Shown: positions 9,368 through 17,578 of the stretch, one piece after another
Numbering within the stretch: position 1 is the first letter of the stretch
Layout of the letters: every line of letters starts with the position of its first letter
NCBI GenBank assembly: GCA_963719495.1
Contig: CAVRCI010000004.1
Location: 1 to 64,000 of the forward strand
DNA from: an uncultured Verrucomicrobiae bacterium
Lineage (GTDB): Bacteria > Verrucomicrobiota > Verrucomicrobiia > Chthoniobacterales > JAATET01
Length of the DNA stretch: 64,000 nucleotides
Direction: 5' to 3'
Made by a program: the position numbers and the translations under genes
The notes under the pieces: model-generated
What the model was told of the DNA's origin: nothing
What the model saw: only the letters and a program-made list of their open reading frames with translations
Databases searched by the model: none

Positions 9368-9608
9368 TCTCACGCAGAGGCGCAGGGGCGCAGGGGGGGA
9401 ATACAAATGCGGTGAGAGTGTGAGCCAGAGATTCTTCGCTTCGCTCAGAATGACAGGGTTTGGATGGGCCTTCGGGGACCGGCGAATGAGACGGGTTCAT
9501 CTCTGCGGTTGCCTCGCTCGCTCCCGCTTGTCTCACCCTTCGGGCTGGTTCTCAGAGCAGAATCAGGCTGCCCCAGGCCATCCCAGGCCTCGGTGCTCTG
9601 CGTGAGAA
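9368..9608. repeat. Composite intergenic repeat: TTCTCACGCAGAG...CTCTGCGTGAGAA inverted ends enclosing a family A REP
   Basis: Inverted termini at 9368-9380 and 9596-9608; related to the 62318-62445 element. Confidence 0.7.
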
Positions 9609-9612
9609 AAAA

Positions 9613-11424
9613 TCATTCCTTCAAGTGCGACCGGAGGATTTTTCTCGTGAACTCGATGGACTTCGGGTGGCTGAAGGATTCGTGGCCGGTGGGGACGATG
9701 AGTTCGCCGCTGGCTCCGTCGAGGTGCGAACTCCAGTAGCCGACGATGCCGTCGGAGCTTTCGGGGGTGTCGCCGCGGCCGCGGTCGCCCATGACGCTGT
9801 AGTATTCGATGCCGGGTTTGAAGGGGGAGGCGTTGGTGGCGGTGTAGACGGGGTTGCTGGGTGAGAGCGAGCCGACGCTGTTGGTGAGGTCGCTGACGTC
9901 GAAGTCGAGGATGAGAAATCCGCTGAGGGTGGTCAGAATGCGGGCCTAGGTTTTGAGAATGTCGGCGGGGAAGCGGATGAGGCGGGCGGCGAAGGTGGCG
10001 AGGGAATTATCCGCCAGGGTCGCGCCGCGGTGGGGGGCGGAGAAGAAGATGGCGGTGTGGGCGGAGGGGGTGGGTTCCCAGAAGAAGCGGTCGCGGAGGA
10101 GGGCGTCGTCGGAGGGGTCGAGCGGCAGGGTGTTGAAGGGGCGGTTGGAGATGGCTTGCCAGAGTCGGTCGCCGATTTCGACCAAGTTCATGCGGGTGAT
10201 GACGCCGCCCATGCTGTGGCCGACGGTGACGAGGTCGCGGGAGGCGAGGTCGTCGCCTTCGGGGTCGAAGGTGCGGCGGACGTCGGCGATCTGACGGCGG
10301 AGGGTGGCGGCGGAATTGATCGTGGAGACTCCGCTGGGGTAGTAGACGACCCAGAATTGGTATTTCTCGCGGATGACGGGGTCGATCTGGAGCTCATTGA
10401 TGAGATTGCGCCAGATGAGGGGGGAAGAACTGAGGCCGTGGACCATGAGGACCGGGATGCGGTCGGGGTCGTAGGGTTCGAGCATGTAGAGGCCGGCCAA
10501 TTTCATCTGGTCGCCGACGAAGAGGAGTCCGCGGATGCCGAGGGCGAGGTCGTTGAGGCCGTCGAAGACCATGGCGATGGGGGCGGTGTAGTCGGCGGCG
10601 AGGGCGGTGGGGCCGCCGGGGGCGTCGACGGTGAGGTGGTGGCGGGGATCGACGAGTTCGATGGTGAGGTCGGCGGTGGCGCCTCGTTCGGCGAGGCGGG
10701 GGACGGCGGTAACGGGAGTGAAGGTGCCGCGCTTTTCGTAGAAGGGGACGTTTGGATTCTGACGGACGCCAACGAGAGGGACGCCGAAGCCGGGGAGCCG
10801 GACGCGGGAAGTGAAGCCGGTGAGGCTGATGAGGTCGGCGGGGAGGAGTTGATCGAAGGGCTGACGGTCGGCGGGATCGGTCTTTGGGCCGGTGAATTGG
10901 GATTCGACGTCGATCGTGCGCGGGCCGAGCGGGGTGGCGACGGTGCAGCGGGGGTCCTGGGGGGTGGTGGCCGCTGAGGTGATGAGCTGGAGGAGGGCGG
11001 CGTTGGTGGTGACGGTGGATTGTGATTGGTGACTGGTGACGGGTGATTGGTGGGATTCATTCGGCTCCCGCTGGCGCGGGTTGCCGGCGGCGGCTTTGAG
11101 GGCGAGTTCGAGGGCGTTGGTGAAGTAGCCAATGGCGGCTTCGGGGTCTCGGCGGCGGGCTTTGTCGCCGGCTCGGAGGGCGAACTCTGCGGCTTCGATG
11201 AGGGCGGTGGGGTCGTTCTGCGCGGCGGCGACCAAGGTTCGGAGCTGGGTGGCTGGGTCGCGGGTGAGGGGGATGCGCGATTCGGTTTCGGCGGAGGTGG
11301 CGAGCTGCGCGGCCAGGGCGCGGCTGGGGGACTCGGTGCGGGTGGTGACGGTGGCTCCGCAGGCGGTCAGGAGGAGGGTGGCGGTGGCGAGGGCGAGGCG
11401 GGGTAGACGCGGGCTGGTCGTCAT
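9613..11424 (-). pseudogene. Lipoprotein alpha/beta hydrolase (esterase/lipase) interrupted by an in-frame TAG at 9946-9948
   Basis: Lipobox LLTACG, VHGLSSSP, GHSMGG, PHRGA. The same frame continues 110 codons past the TAG (…GDRGRGDTPESSDGIVGYWSSHLDGASGELIVPTGH…) to TGA at 9613. Confidence 0.8.
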
Positions 11425-11437
11425 GGGCGGGGTGCTC

Positions 11438-11494
11438 GGTGGTGACTGGTGACTGGTGAATGGTGAATGGTGAATGGTGAATGGTGAATGGTGG
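11438..11494 (+). repeat. Heptamer tandem repeat (TGGTGAH)n
   Basis: ggtgactggtgactggtgaatggtgaatggtgaatggtgaatggtgaatgg; related tracts at 25705-25736, 59529-59561, 63636-63667 and inside CDSs. Confidence 0.9.
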
Positions 11495-11582
11495 GATGCG
11501 GTCGGCTCTCTCGCTTCGCTCGAATTGCCGAGGTCGGCACCGGGACGGTGCCTCTCGCACGCGGGACGCGTGCGCTCCCCGC

Positions 11583-12923
11583 TTACGCGGCGGACATTTT
11601 GCTGGGTTGGCCGGTGCAGGCGATGACGCTTTGCCAGAGGTCTCCTCCGGGGTCGACTTTTCGTCTCTGGCGGGTCACCAGGCTGGAGGGGAGGTGGACG
11701 TAGTGATAGCTCCACCTTCCGACGACGATGCCGCTCTTGCCGGCCATGCCGGCGTGGACGGCATTTTGGCCCAAACGCGAGCAATACAGCGCATCCTGCG
11801 GGTCGGCGGGGACGCTGCGGATGAGGTAGCTGGGGTCCATGTATTTGAGGTTGATGGGGATCCGTTTTTTCGCGAAGTGGGTTTCGATTTCGGCTCGGAG
11901 GTGGAGGCCGATGTCGCCGAGGCGGACGTTGCCGGAGGCGTCGAGGTCGCCGCTGGCGGCGAGGTGTTCCTGCCCGGCTCCTTCGGCGACGAGAATGACG
12001 GCGTGGTCGCGGAGGCGGAGGCGCTCGGCGAGGGTCTCCATGAGGCCGCCGGGGCCGTGGAGGTCGAAGGGGATCTCGGGGATGAGGACGAAATTCACGT
12101 CCGTTCGGGAGAGGGCGGCGTGGCAGGCGATGAAGCCGGATTCGCGGCCCATGAGTTTGACCAAGCCGATGCCGTTGGGGGCGCCTTTGGCTTCGGCGTG
12201 GGCGCAGTCGATGGCGTTGACGGCCTGGGAGAAGGCGGTTTCGAAGCCGAAGCTCTTGTCGAGGAAGACCATGTCGTTGTCGATGGTCTTGGGGACTCCG
12301 ACGACGGCGATTTTTTCGCCGCGGGCTTGGGCGGCTTCGTGGATGGCGATGCCGCCGCGCTGGCTGCCGTCGCCGCCGATGATGATGAGGATGCCGACCT
12401 CGTGTTTGACGAGCCAGTCGACGATTTTGTTTTCGTCCTGGCGGCCGCGGGAGGAGGCGAGGACGGTGCCGCCGTGGGAGGCGATGTCGGTGACGCTGCG
12501 GGGGGTGAGCATGAGGGGGTCGTGGCCGTATTCGGGGATGAAACCCTGGAAGCCGTAGCGGATGCCGTAGATGCGGGGGACGCCGTAGCGGTAGTGGGAT
12601 TCGAGCGTGATGGCGCGGATGACGTTGTTGAGGCCGGGGCAGAGGCCTCCGCAGGTGACGACGGCGACGTTGGTGCGGTGGGGGTCGAAGAAGATTTCGC
12701 GGCGGGGACCGGCTTTTTCGACGAAGGGGATTTGGCTCCCGGATTCGATGATGTGGCGGAGGTGGCGCTCGCGGAGTTCGAAGACGAGGTGGTCGGCTTC
12801 CTGGATGAAATGGGCGATGCCTTGGGAGTTGCGGGCGAGGGCGTGGAGCGGCGATTCGATGCGGCAGGGGCCGAGTTGGGGGACGATCAGTTCGTTGGCG
12901 TCGATGTCGAGGATGGTCGGCAT
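11583..12923 (-). CDS. pfkA: ATP-dependent 6-phosphofructokinase (group X type)
   Basis: TCGGLCPGLNNVI, GGTVLASSRG, IGGDGS, PKTIDND, KLMGRESGFIA, YMDPSYLIRS; true ATG at 12923 inside a longer ORF call. Confidence 0.92.
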   Translation of the reverse strand: MPTILDIDANELIVPQLGPCRIESPLHALARNSQGIAHFIQEADHLVFELRERHLRHIIESGSQIPFVEKAGPRREIFFDPHRTNVAVVTCGGLCPGLNNVIRAITLESHYRYGVPRIYGIRYGFQGFIPEYGHDPLMLTPRSVTDIASHGGTVLASSRGRQDENKIVDWLVKHEVGILIIIGGDGSQRGGIAIHEAAQARGEKIAVVGVPKTIDNDMVFLDKSFGFETAFSQAVNAIDCAHAEAKGAPNGIGLVKLMGRESGFIACHAALSRTDVNFVLIPEIPFDLHGPGGLMETLAERLRLRDHAVILVAEGAGQEHLAASGDLDASGNVRLGDIGLHLRAEIETHFAKKRIPINLKYMDPSYLIRSVPADPQDALYCSRLGQNAVHAGMAGKSGIVVGRWSYHYVHLPSSLVTRQRRKVDPGGDLWQSVIACTGQPSKMSAA

Positions 12924-13007
12924 GCGGGGTGTGTAGGAAATTTTTGCGGGTTCGTCAGGTGGAATGTGGGTTTTGGGGTGGGGGGTGGTCATTGATGGCG
13001 GGAAATG

Positions 13008-13078
13008 CCGCTTCGCGGGGATTGGGACGAGCACCGAGCTGGAAGCTCGGCGCTGCGGGCTGGAAGCCCGCGCTCCCC
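13008..13078. repeat. REP-like family B (C-TTCG-G hairpin + GCTGGAAGC hairpins + GCTCCCC)
   Basis: Related copies at 23593-23615, 29962-30006, 34477-34547, 35644-35714, 47683-47711, 57832-57880, 59986-60029, 61024-61047. Confidence 0.8.
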
Positions 13079-13112
13079 CCTGCTTTCGGCTTGACCCGTT
13101 TCGGGGGGGTGG

Positions 13113-15656
13113 GTGTCTATTTCCGTCGCGGTGGGGTATTCGGAATTGTTTGACGAGGCGGGGGTTCCGCGGGCGGTGTATGCGCCGCTCTTTGCGCGGA
13201 TGGAGGGCGCTTCGCGGGCCGATCTGCGGCGGCTCGACGAACAACTCGAGGCGACGATGCGGGAGATGGGGGTGACGTTCGACATCGCGCGGGATCGGCC
13301 GTGGGGGCGGCGTCCGTGGTATTGCGATCAGCTGCCGCAGGTGTTCAAGGCGAGCGAGTGGGCGCCATTGGCGCGGGGGATGGCGCAGCGGATGCAGGCT
13401 TACGAGTGTTTCCTGAGGGACGTCTATGGCGAACAGCGGATTTTGCGGTCGGGTCAGATTCCTCTTCAGCCGGTGCTGGGAAGTCCGCATTACCAACGGG
13501 CGGCGGCGGGGTTGGTTGCGCCGGGTGGGGCGTTTCTCCACCTGGGTGGGATGGCGGTGGCGCGGGTGGACGACGGGCGGATGGTGGTGAAGCACCATTA
13601 TCTGAGTCATGCCTCGGGGATTTCCTACATGATCCAGAATCGGCGGGCGATGGCGCGGGTGATGCCGGAGACGTTCGCGGATTATTCGGTGCATTCGATC
13701 GCGGACGCGCCGACGGACATGATGGAGGTGATGCGGGGATTCTCGGGCGAGATCGATCCGACGGTGGTGTTGCTTTCGTCGGGTCAGGGGAGCGCGGTGT
13801 ATTCGGAGCACAGCTTTCTCGCTCGGCGGATGGGGATTCCGCTCGTCCAGGGTGGGGACCTTCTGGTGATGAATGATCACGTTTACCTGAAGACGGTGTC
13901 GGGATTGGAGCCGGTGGAGGTGATTTATTCGCGGATATCGGATCAGTGGTTGGATCCGCTGGTTTTCCGGCGGGACTCGATGCTGGGGGTGCCGGGGTTG
14001 GTGCAGTGCATTCGGCTGGGGACGGTGGCGGTGGTGAACGCGGTGGGGGCGCAGTTGGTGGATGATCGGGCGATGCTGGCTTTCGCTCCGGCGCTCATTC
14101 GTTACTACCTCGGGGAAACTCCGACCCTGGATGGCGTGGAGACGTTTTGGCTGGGCGATCTGGATCAGCGCGAGATGGTGCTGGGGGATTTGGACCGGTA
14201 TTTCATTCGGCCGATTTACGGTGAGCGGGTTCTCACTCCGCCGCGGGGGCGGGTGATGGACGATCGTCGGCGGAAGTCGGTCGTGCGGGAGATTCTGACG
14301 AATCCGGCGGGGTTCGTGGCGCAGCCGCACGGGGTGGACGCTTCGACGCTTTGTTTTGATGGCGGGAAGGCGGCGGAACGGTTTCAAGATCACATTCTTT
14401 TCGCGCTGCGGCGGGGCGAGGGGGATTACTCGGTTTTTCCGGGGTCGTTGACGCGGATCACGGGCGAGAATTCCCAGACGACGGCTTCGGAGCTGGGCGG
14501 TGGGAGCAAGGATACGTGGGTGGAACTCGGGGACGGGGAATTGGCGGTCGGGGGATTGGCTCCGCGGCTGGGGTCGGAGTTGCGGGCGCCGATGCAGCTC
14601 GTGACGAGCCGGGTGGCGGAGTCGTTCTACTGGACGGGGCGATACCTCGAGCGGGCCCGGAATTTGGCCGGGATGATCGGCGTGATCGAGGCGCTGGAGA
14701 CGGAGGAACTCAATCCGACCGAGCGAATGCTTTACCGGCCGGTGTGGAATCGGATGCTGCCGCCGCTGGACGGCGAGGGCGGGACGCGGCGAACGATTTC
14801 GAACGCCACGGGGCGGTATCGGTTGACGCTGGACGCGAAGGAGCGCGGGTCGGTGATCAATCTGGTGCAGCGGGCGACGTGGAATGGTGAGTCGGTGCTG
14901 GAATGTCTGAGCATGGAGGCGTGGGGGGCGCTGAGTCACCTGCAAGGTCGGTTCGCGCGGACGCGGATGCGGCGGACGATCACGGACGCGGAGCGGGGGG
15001 CGATGACGCGGAAAATGTGCGATCACGCGACGGGGCTGATCGCGCAGTTTTTCGGGACGGCGCAGATGACGATGATCGCGGACGGCGGCTGGAGTTTTTG
15101 TAAAATCGGACGCGAGGTGGAGCGGTCGGTGACGACGGCGAACGCGGTGGCTTCGATGGTGCGCTCGTTGGTGCGGACGTGCGGGCCGGGGCGCGAGCAC
15201 GCGCGGGAATTGCAGCTGTCGGCGTTTCTGCGGTTGCTGGCGAGTCGGGACGTTTATCGGCGGATCTATCAGATGCGGGTGGAGACGGGCGCGGTGCTGC
15301 GAATGTTTTTTCAGAACGAGGTGGCGCCGCGGTCGGTGGCGCGGTGTCTCGGGGAGGTGCGGCGGATGCTGGGGGATTCGCAGGTGGAATCGATCGGGGC
15401 GATGGAGCGGACGGCGGCGGCGATTCAGGCTCTGCACGAGGAGGTGGCGCACACGGATTGGGAGGCGCTGGTGGCGCGGGAGATCGAGTTGCCGACGGAG
15501 CCGGTGCCGGTGGCGGAGAGTGAGCTGGTGCGGCGGGTGGACTCGGCGCTGGCGCGGACTTTGTCGATCCATGGACTGGTGTCGGACGGATTTCTGAATC
15601 ATCAGATTCACATGAGTGGGCCGGTGCAGGGGACGTTGGAAGGGTTGGGGCGGTGA
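13113..15656 (+). CDS. Circularly permuted type 2 ATP-grasp fused to alpha-E domain
   Basis: SGISYMIQNRR, YSEHSFLARRMG, LDPLVFRRDSMLGVPGL, GGGSKDTWV, then alpha-E motif SRVAESFYWTGRYLERA. Confidence 0.88.
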   Translation: MSISVAVGYSELFDEAGVPRAVYAPLFARMEGASRADLRRLDEQLEATMREMGVTFDIARDRPWGRRPWYCDQLPQVFKASEWAPLARGMAQRMQAYECFLRDVYGEQRILRSGQIPLQPVLGSPHYQRAAAGLVAPGGAFLHLGGMAVARVDDGRMVVKHHYLSHASGISYMIQNRRAMARVMPETFADYSVHSIADAPTDMMEVMRGFSGEIDPTVVLLSSGQGSAVYSEHSFLARRMGIPLVQGGDLLVMNDHVYLKTVSGLEPVEVIYSRISDQWLDPLVFRRDSMLGVPGLVQCIRLGTVAVVNAVGAQLVDDRAMLAFAPALIRYYLGETPTLDGVETFWLGDLDQREMVLGDLDRYFIRPIYGERVLTPPRGRVMDDRRRKSVVREILTNPAGFVAQPHGVDASTLCFDGGKAAERFQDHILFALRRGEGDYSVFPGSLTRITGENSQTTASELGGGSKDTWVELGDGELAVGGLAPRLGSELRAPMQLVTSRVAESFYWTGRYLERARNLAGMIGVIEALETEELNPTERMLYRPVWNRMLPPLDGEGGTRRTISNATGRYRLTLDAKERGSVINLVQRATWNGESVLECLSMEAWGALSHLQGRFARTRMRRTITDAERGAMTRKMCDHATGLIAQFFGTAQMTMIADGGWSFCKIGREVERSVTTANAVASMVRSLVRTCGPGREHARELQLSAFLRLLASRDVYRRIYQMRVETGAVLRMFFQNEVAPRSVARCLGEVRRMLGDSQVESIGAMERTAAAIQALHEEVAHTDWEALVAREIELPTEPVPVAESELVRRVDSALARTLSIHGLVSDGFLNHQIHMSGPVQGTLEGLGR

Positions 15657-15659
15657 GGG

Positions 15660-15705
15660 GTGATTGATTTATGATTTATGATTTATGATTTACGATTGAT
15701 GATTT
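15660..15705 (+). repeat. Heptamer tandem repeat (TGATTTA)n
   Basis: gtgattgatttatgatttatgatttatgatttacgattgatgattt between the ATP-grasp and transglutaminase genes. Confidence 0.85.
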
Positions 15706-15717
15706 GGGGGAAGTGCG

Positions 15718-16617
15718 ATGCGGTTTGAGATTTCGCACCGGACGGAATACCGCTACGCGGTGCCGGCGATCGAGGCCTACTTGGAGGCTCGGTTGCTGGC
15801 TCCGGATACGGCTTCGCAGTTCGTGGAGTCGCGGGCGATGACGATCGATCCGGAGTTGCCGACTTCGCATTACCTGGATGCTTTCGGGAATGGGGTGGAG
15901 TTTTTTTCGATGACGCTGCGGCACGAGCGGCTGACGATCGATAACAAGATGATCGTGGCGACTCGGCCGGTGGAGTTGCCGACGGCGGCGCTGGCGATCC
16001 CGGTCGCGGAGGCGCGGCAGGTCTTTGCTTCGCAGCTGATCGACCACTTCGCTTATTTGCAGCCGACGACGGCGGTGCCGATCGGGGGGGCTTCGTTTCT
16101 GTGGGCCAAGCGGCATTTGGGGGCGGCGCGGCCGCTGGGTGAGGCGCTGGATGAACTGAACGAGGCGATCTACCAGGAGTTTCAATACAAGTCGGGGTCG
16201 ACGGATAACTCGACGCTGCTGGCGACGGTCTGGAAGGAGCGGCGGGGTGTGTGTCAGGATTTTGCGCACGTGATGCTGGCGACGTTGCGATCGGCGGGCC
16301 TGCCGGCGCGCTACGTCTGCGGGTACATCGAGACGGATGCGCCGCCGGGACGGCGGCTGGTCGGGTCGGTCGCGACGCACGCGTGGGTGGAGGTGTTGGT
16401 GCCGGGAATGACGTGGGTGGCGCTGGATCCGACGAATCACCAGTGGTGCGGCGAGCGGCACGTGGCGGTGTCGTTCGGGCGGGACAGCCGCGACGCGGCG
16501 CCGGTGCGCGGGACGTTCAAGGGATCGGGGACGCAGGACATGCGGGTGCGGGTGCGGATGCGGCGGTTGGCGAATTCGGTTGGCCACAAAAGAGGCGCGG
16601 AAAGCGCAAAAGGGTGA
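15718..16617 (+). CDS. Transglutaminase family protein (Bact_transglu_N + core)
   Basis: HRTEYRY, DAFGN; catalytic triad GVCQDFAH / ATHAWVEV / LDPTN; GRDSRD. Confidence 0.92.
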   Translation: MRFEISHRTEYRYAVPAIEAYLEARLLAPDTASQFVESRAMTIDPELPTSHYLDAFGNGVEFFSMTLRHERLTIDNKMIVATRPVELPTAALAIPVAEARQVFASQLIDHFAYLQPTTAVPIGGASFLWAKRHLGAARPLGEALDELNEAIYQEFQYKSGSTDNSTLLATVWKERRGVCQDFAHVMLATLRSAGLPARYVCGYIETDAPPGRRLVGSVATHAWVEVLVPGMTWVALDPTNHQWCGERHVAVSFGRDSRDAAPVRGTFKGSGTQDMRVRVRMRRLANSVGHKRGAESAKG

Positions 16618-16663
16618 AGAATGAATTATGAAATTGGATCTTTTGCGCTTTCTGCGCCTCTTT
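16589..16663. repeat. 24-bp inverted repeat (23/24) overlapping the transglutaminase 3' end
   Basis: aaagaggcgcggaaagcgcaaaag ... cttttgcgctttctgcgcctcttt. Confidence 0.85.
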
Positions 16664-16674
16664 GCGGCTGAATT

Positions 16675-17523
16675 ATGAAGGTCGGGATCCGCTACGAGGC
16701 ACATTATCTTTACGAAGCGGCGGCGAGCTTTTCGCCGCATCTGGTGCGGCTGTTTCCGCGGACGGACCTTTCGATGCGGACGGAGCGGGTGGCGTTTGGG
16801 CCGAACGAGGGGGCGAGTGTGCAGTATCGGCGGGACCTTTTCGACAACGTGGTGGCGTCGTGTTTTTACCCGGAGAAGTTGACGTCGCTGGATTACTCGC
16901 TGGAGATCGATCTGACGCTGGAGGAGAAAAATCCGTTCGCTTTCCTGCTGGCCTTGCACGCGATGGAGATGCCGTTCGAATACCGGGCGGACGAGGCGGT
17001 GGTGCTGGTGCCGTATTTGGCGCGGCGGACGGGGGTCGAGCTGCCGGAGGCGTTGCGGCCCGGGGCGGGTGTCGCGACGGTCGAGCGGTTGGTTTCTCTG
17101 AACGAGTGGTGTTTTCAGGAATTGCGGTATGAGCGGCGGGACGAGGGCGCGGCTTGGGAACCGGCGGAAACGTTGCGCGCGGGGCGCGGGTCGTGCCGGG
17201 ATTTTGCGGTGCTGACGGCGGAGGTGATGCGGGCAAACGGGGTGGCGGCGCGGCTGGCGAGTGGGTTTCTGTGGGAGCCGCCGGAGCTGGACGCGTCGGA
17301 GCGCCGGGCGGCCAGCGCGCTGCACGCCTGGGTGGAGGTTTACGTGCCGGGACCGGGTTGGATCGGGCTCGATCCGACGAACGGGGTGTTCTGCAACGAG
17401 CACTTCATGACGACCGCGGTCGGGCTCACGCCGGACGAGATCTCGCCGGTGCACGGGGTTTATTTTGGGAAGGACGTGATCGGGAGTCGGTTGGAGAGTT
17501 CGTTGGTGATCACGGAGCGGTGA
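16675..17523 (+). CDS. Transglutaminase family protein
   Basis: GSCRDFAVL, RLASGFL, LHAWVEVY, GWIGLDPTNG. Confidence 0.92.
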   Translation: MKVGIRYEAHYLYEAAASFSPHLVRLFPRTDLSMRTERVAFGPNEGASVQYRRDLFDNVVASCFYPEKLTSLDYSLEIDLTLEEKNPFAFLLALHAMEMPFEYRADEAVVLVPYLARRTGVELPEALRPGAGVATVERLVSLNEWCFQELRYERRDEGAAWEPAETLRAGRGSCRDFAVLTAEVMRANGVAARLASGFLWEPPELDASERRAASALHAWVEVYVPGPGWIGLDPTNGVFCNEHFMTTAVGLTPDEISPVHGVYFGKDVIGSRLESSLVITER

Positions 17524-17578
17524 TTCGTTTTTGAACAGAAGGTCGCAAAGGACGCAAAGGTGATGATAGAGGTGAGCG

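Noticed and set aside
9946..9948. Genome-wide TAG recoding or pyrrolysine
   Set aside because: sodA, sbtA, sbtB, sucB and the DUF2126 gene end at TAG at plausible C-termini, and no pyl genes are seen.
12924..15611. 1342-aa ORF as a giant PfkA fusion
   Set aside because: The extension is the Arg/Pro/His-rich antisense shadow of the ATP-grasp gene; PfkA homology starts at 12923.
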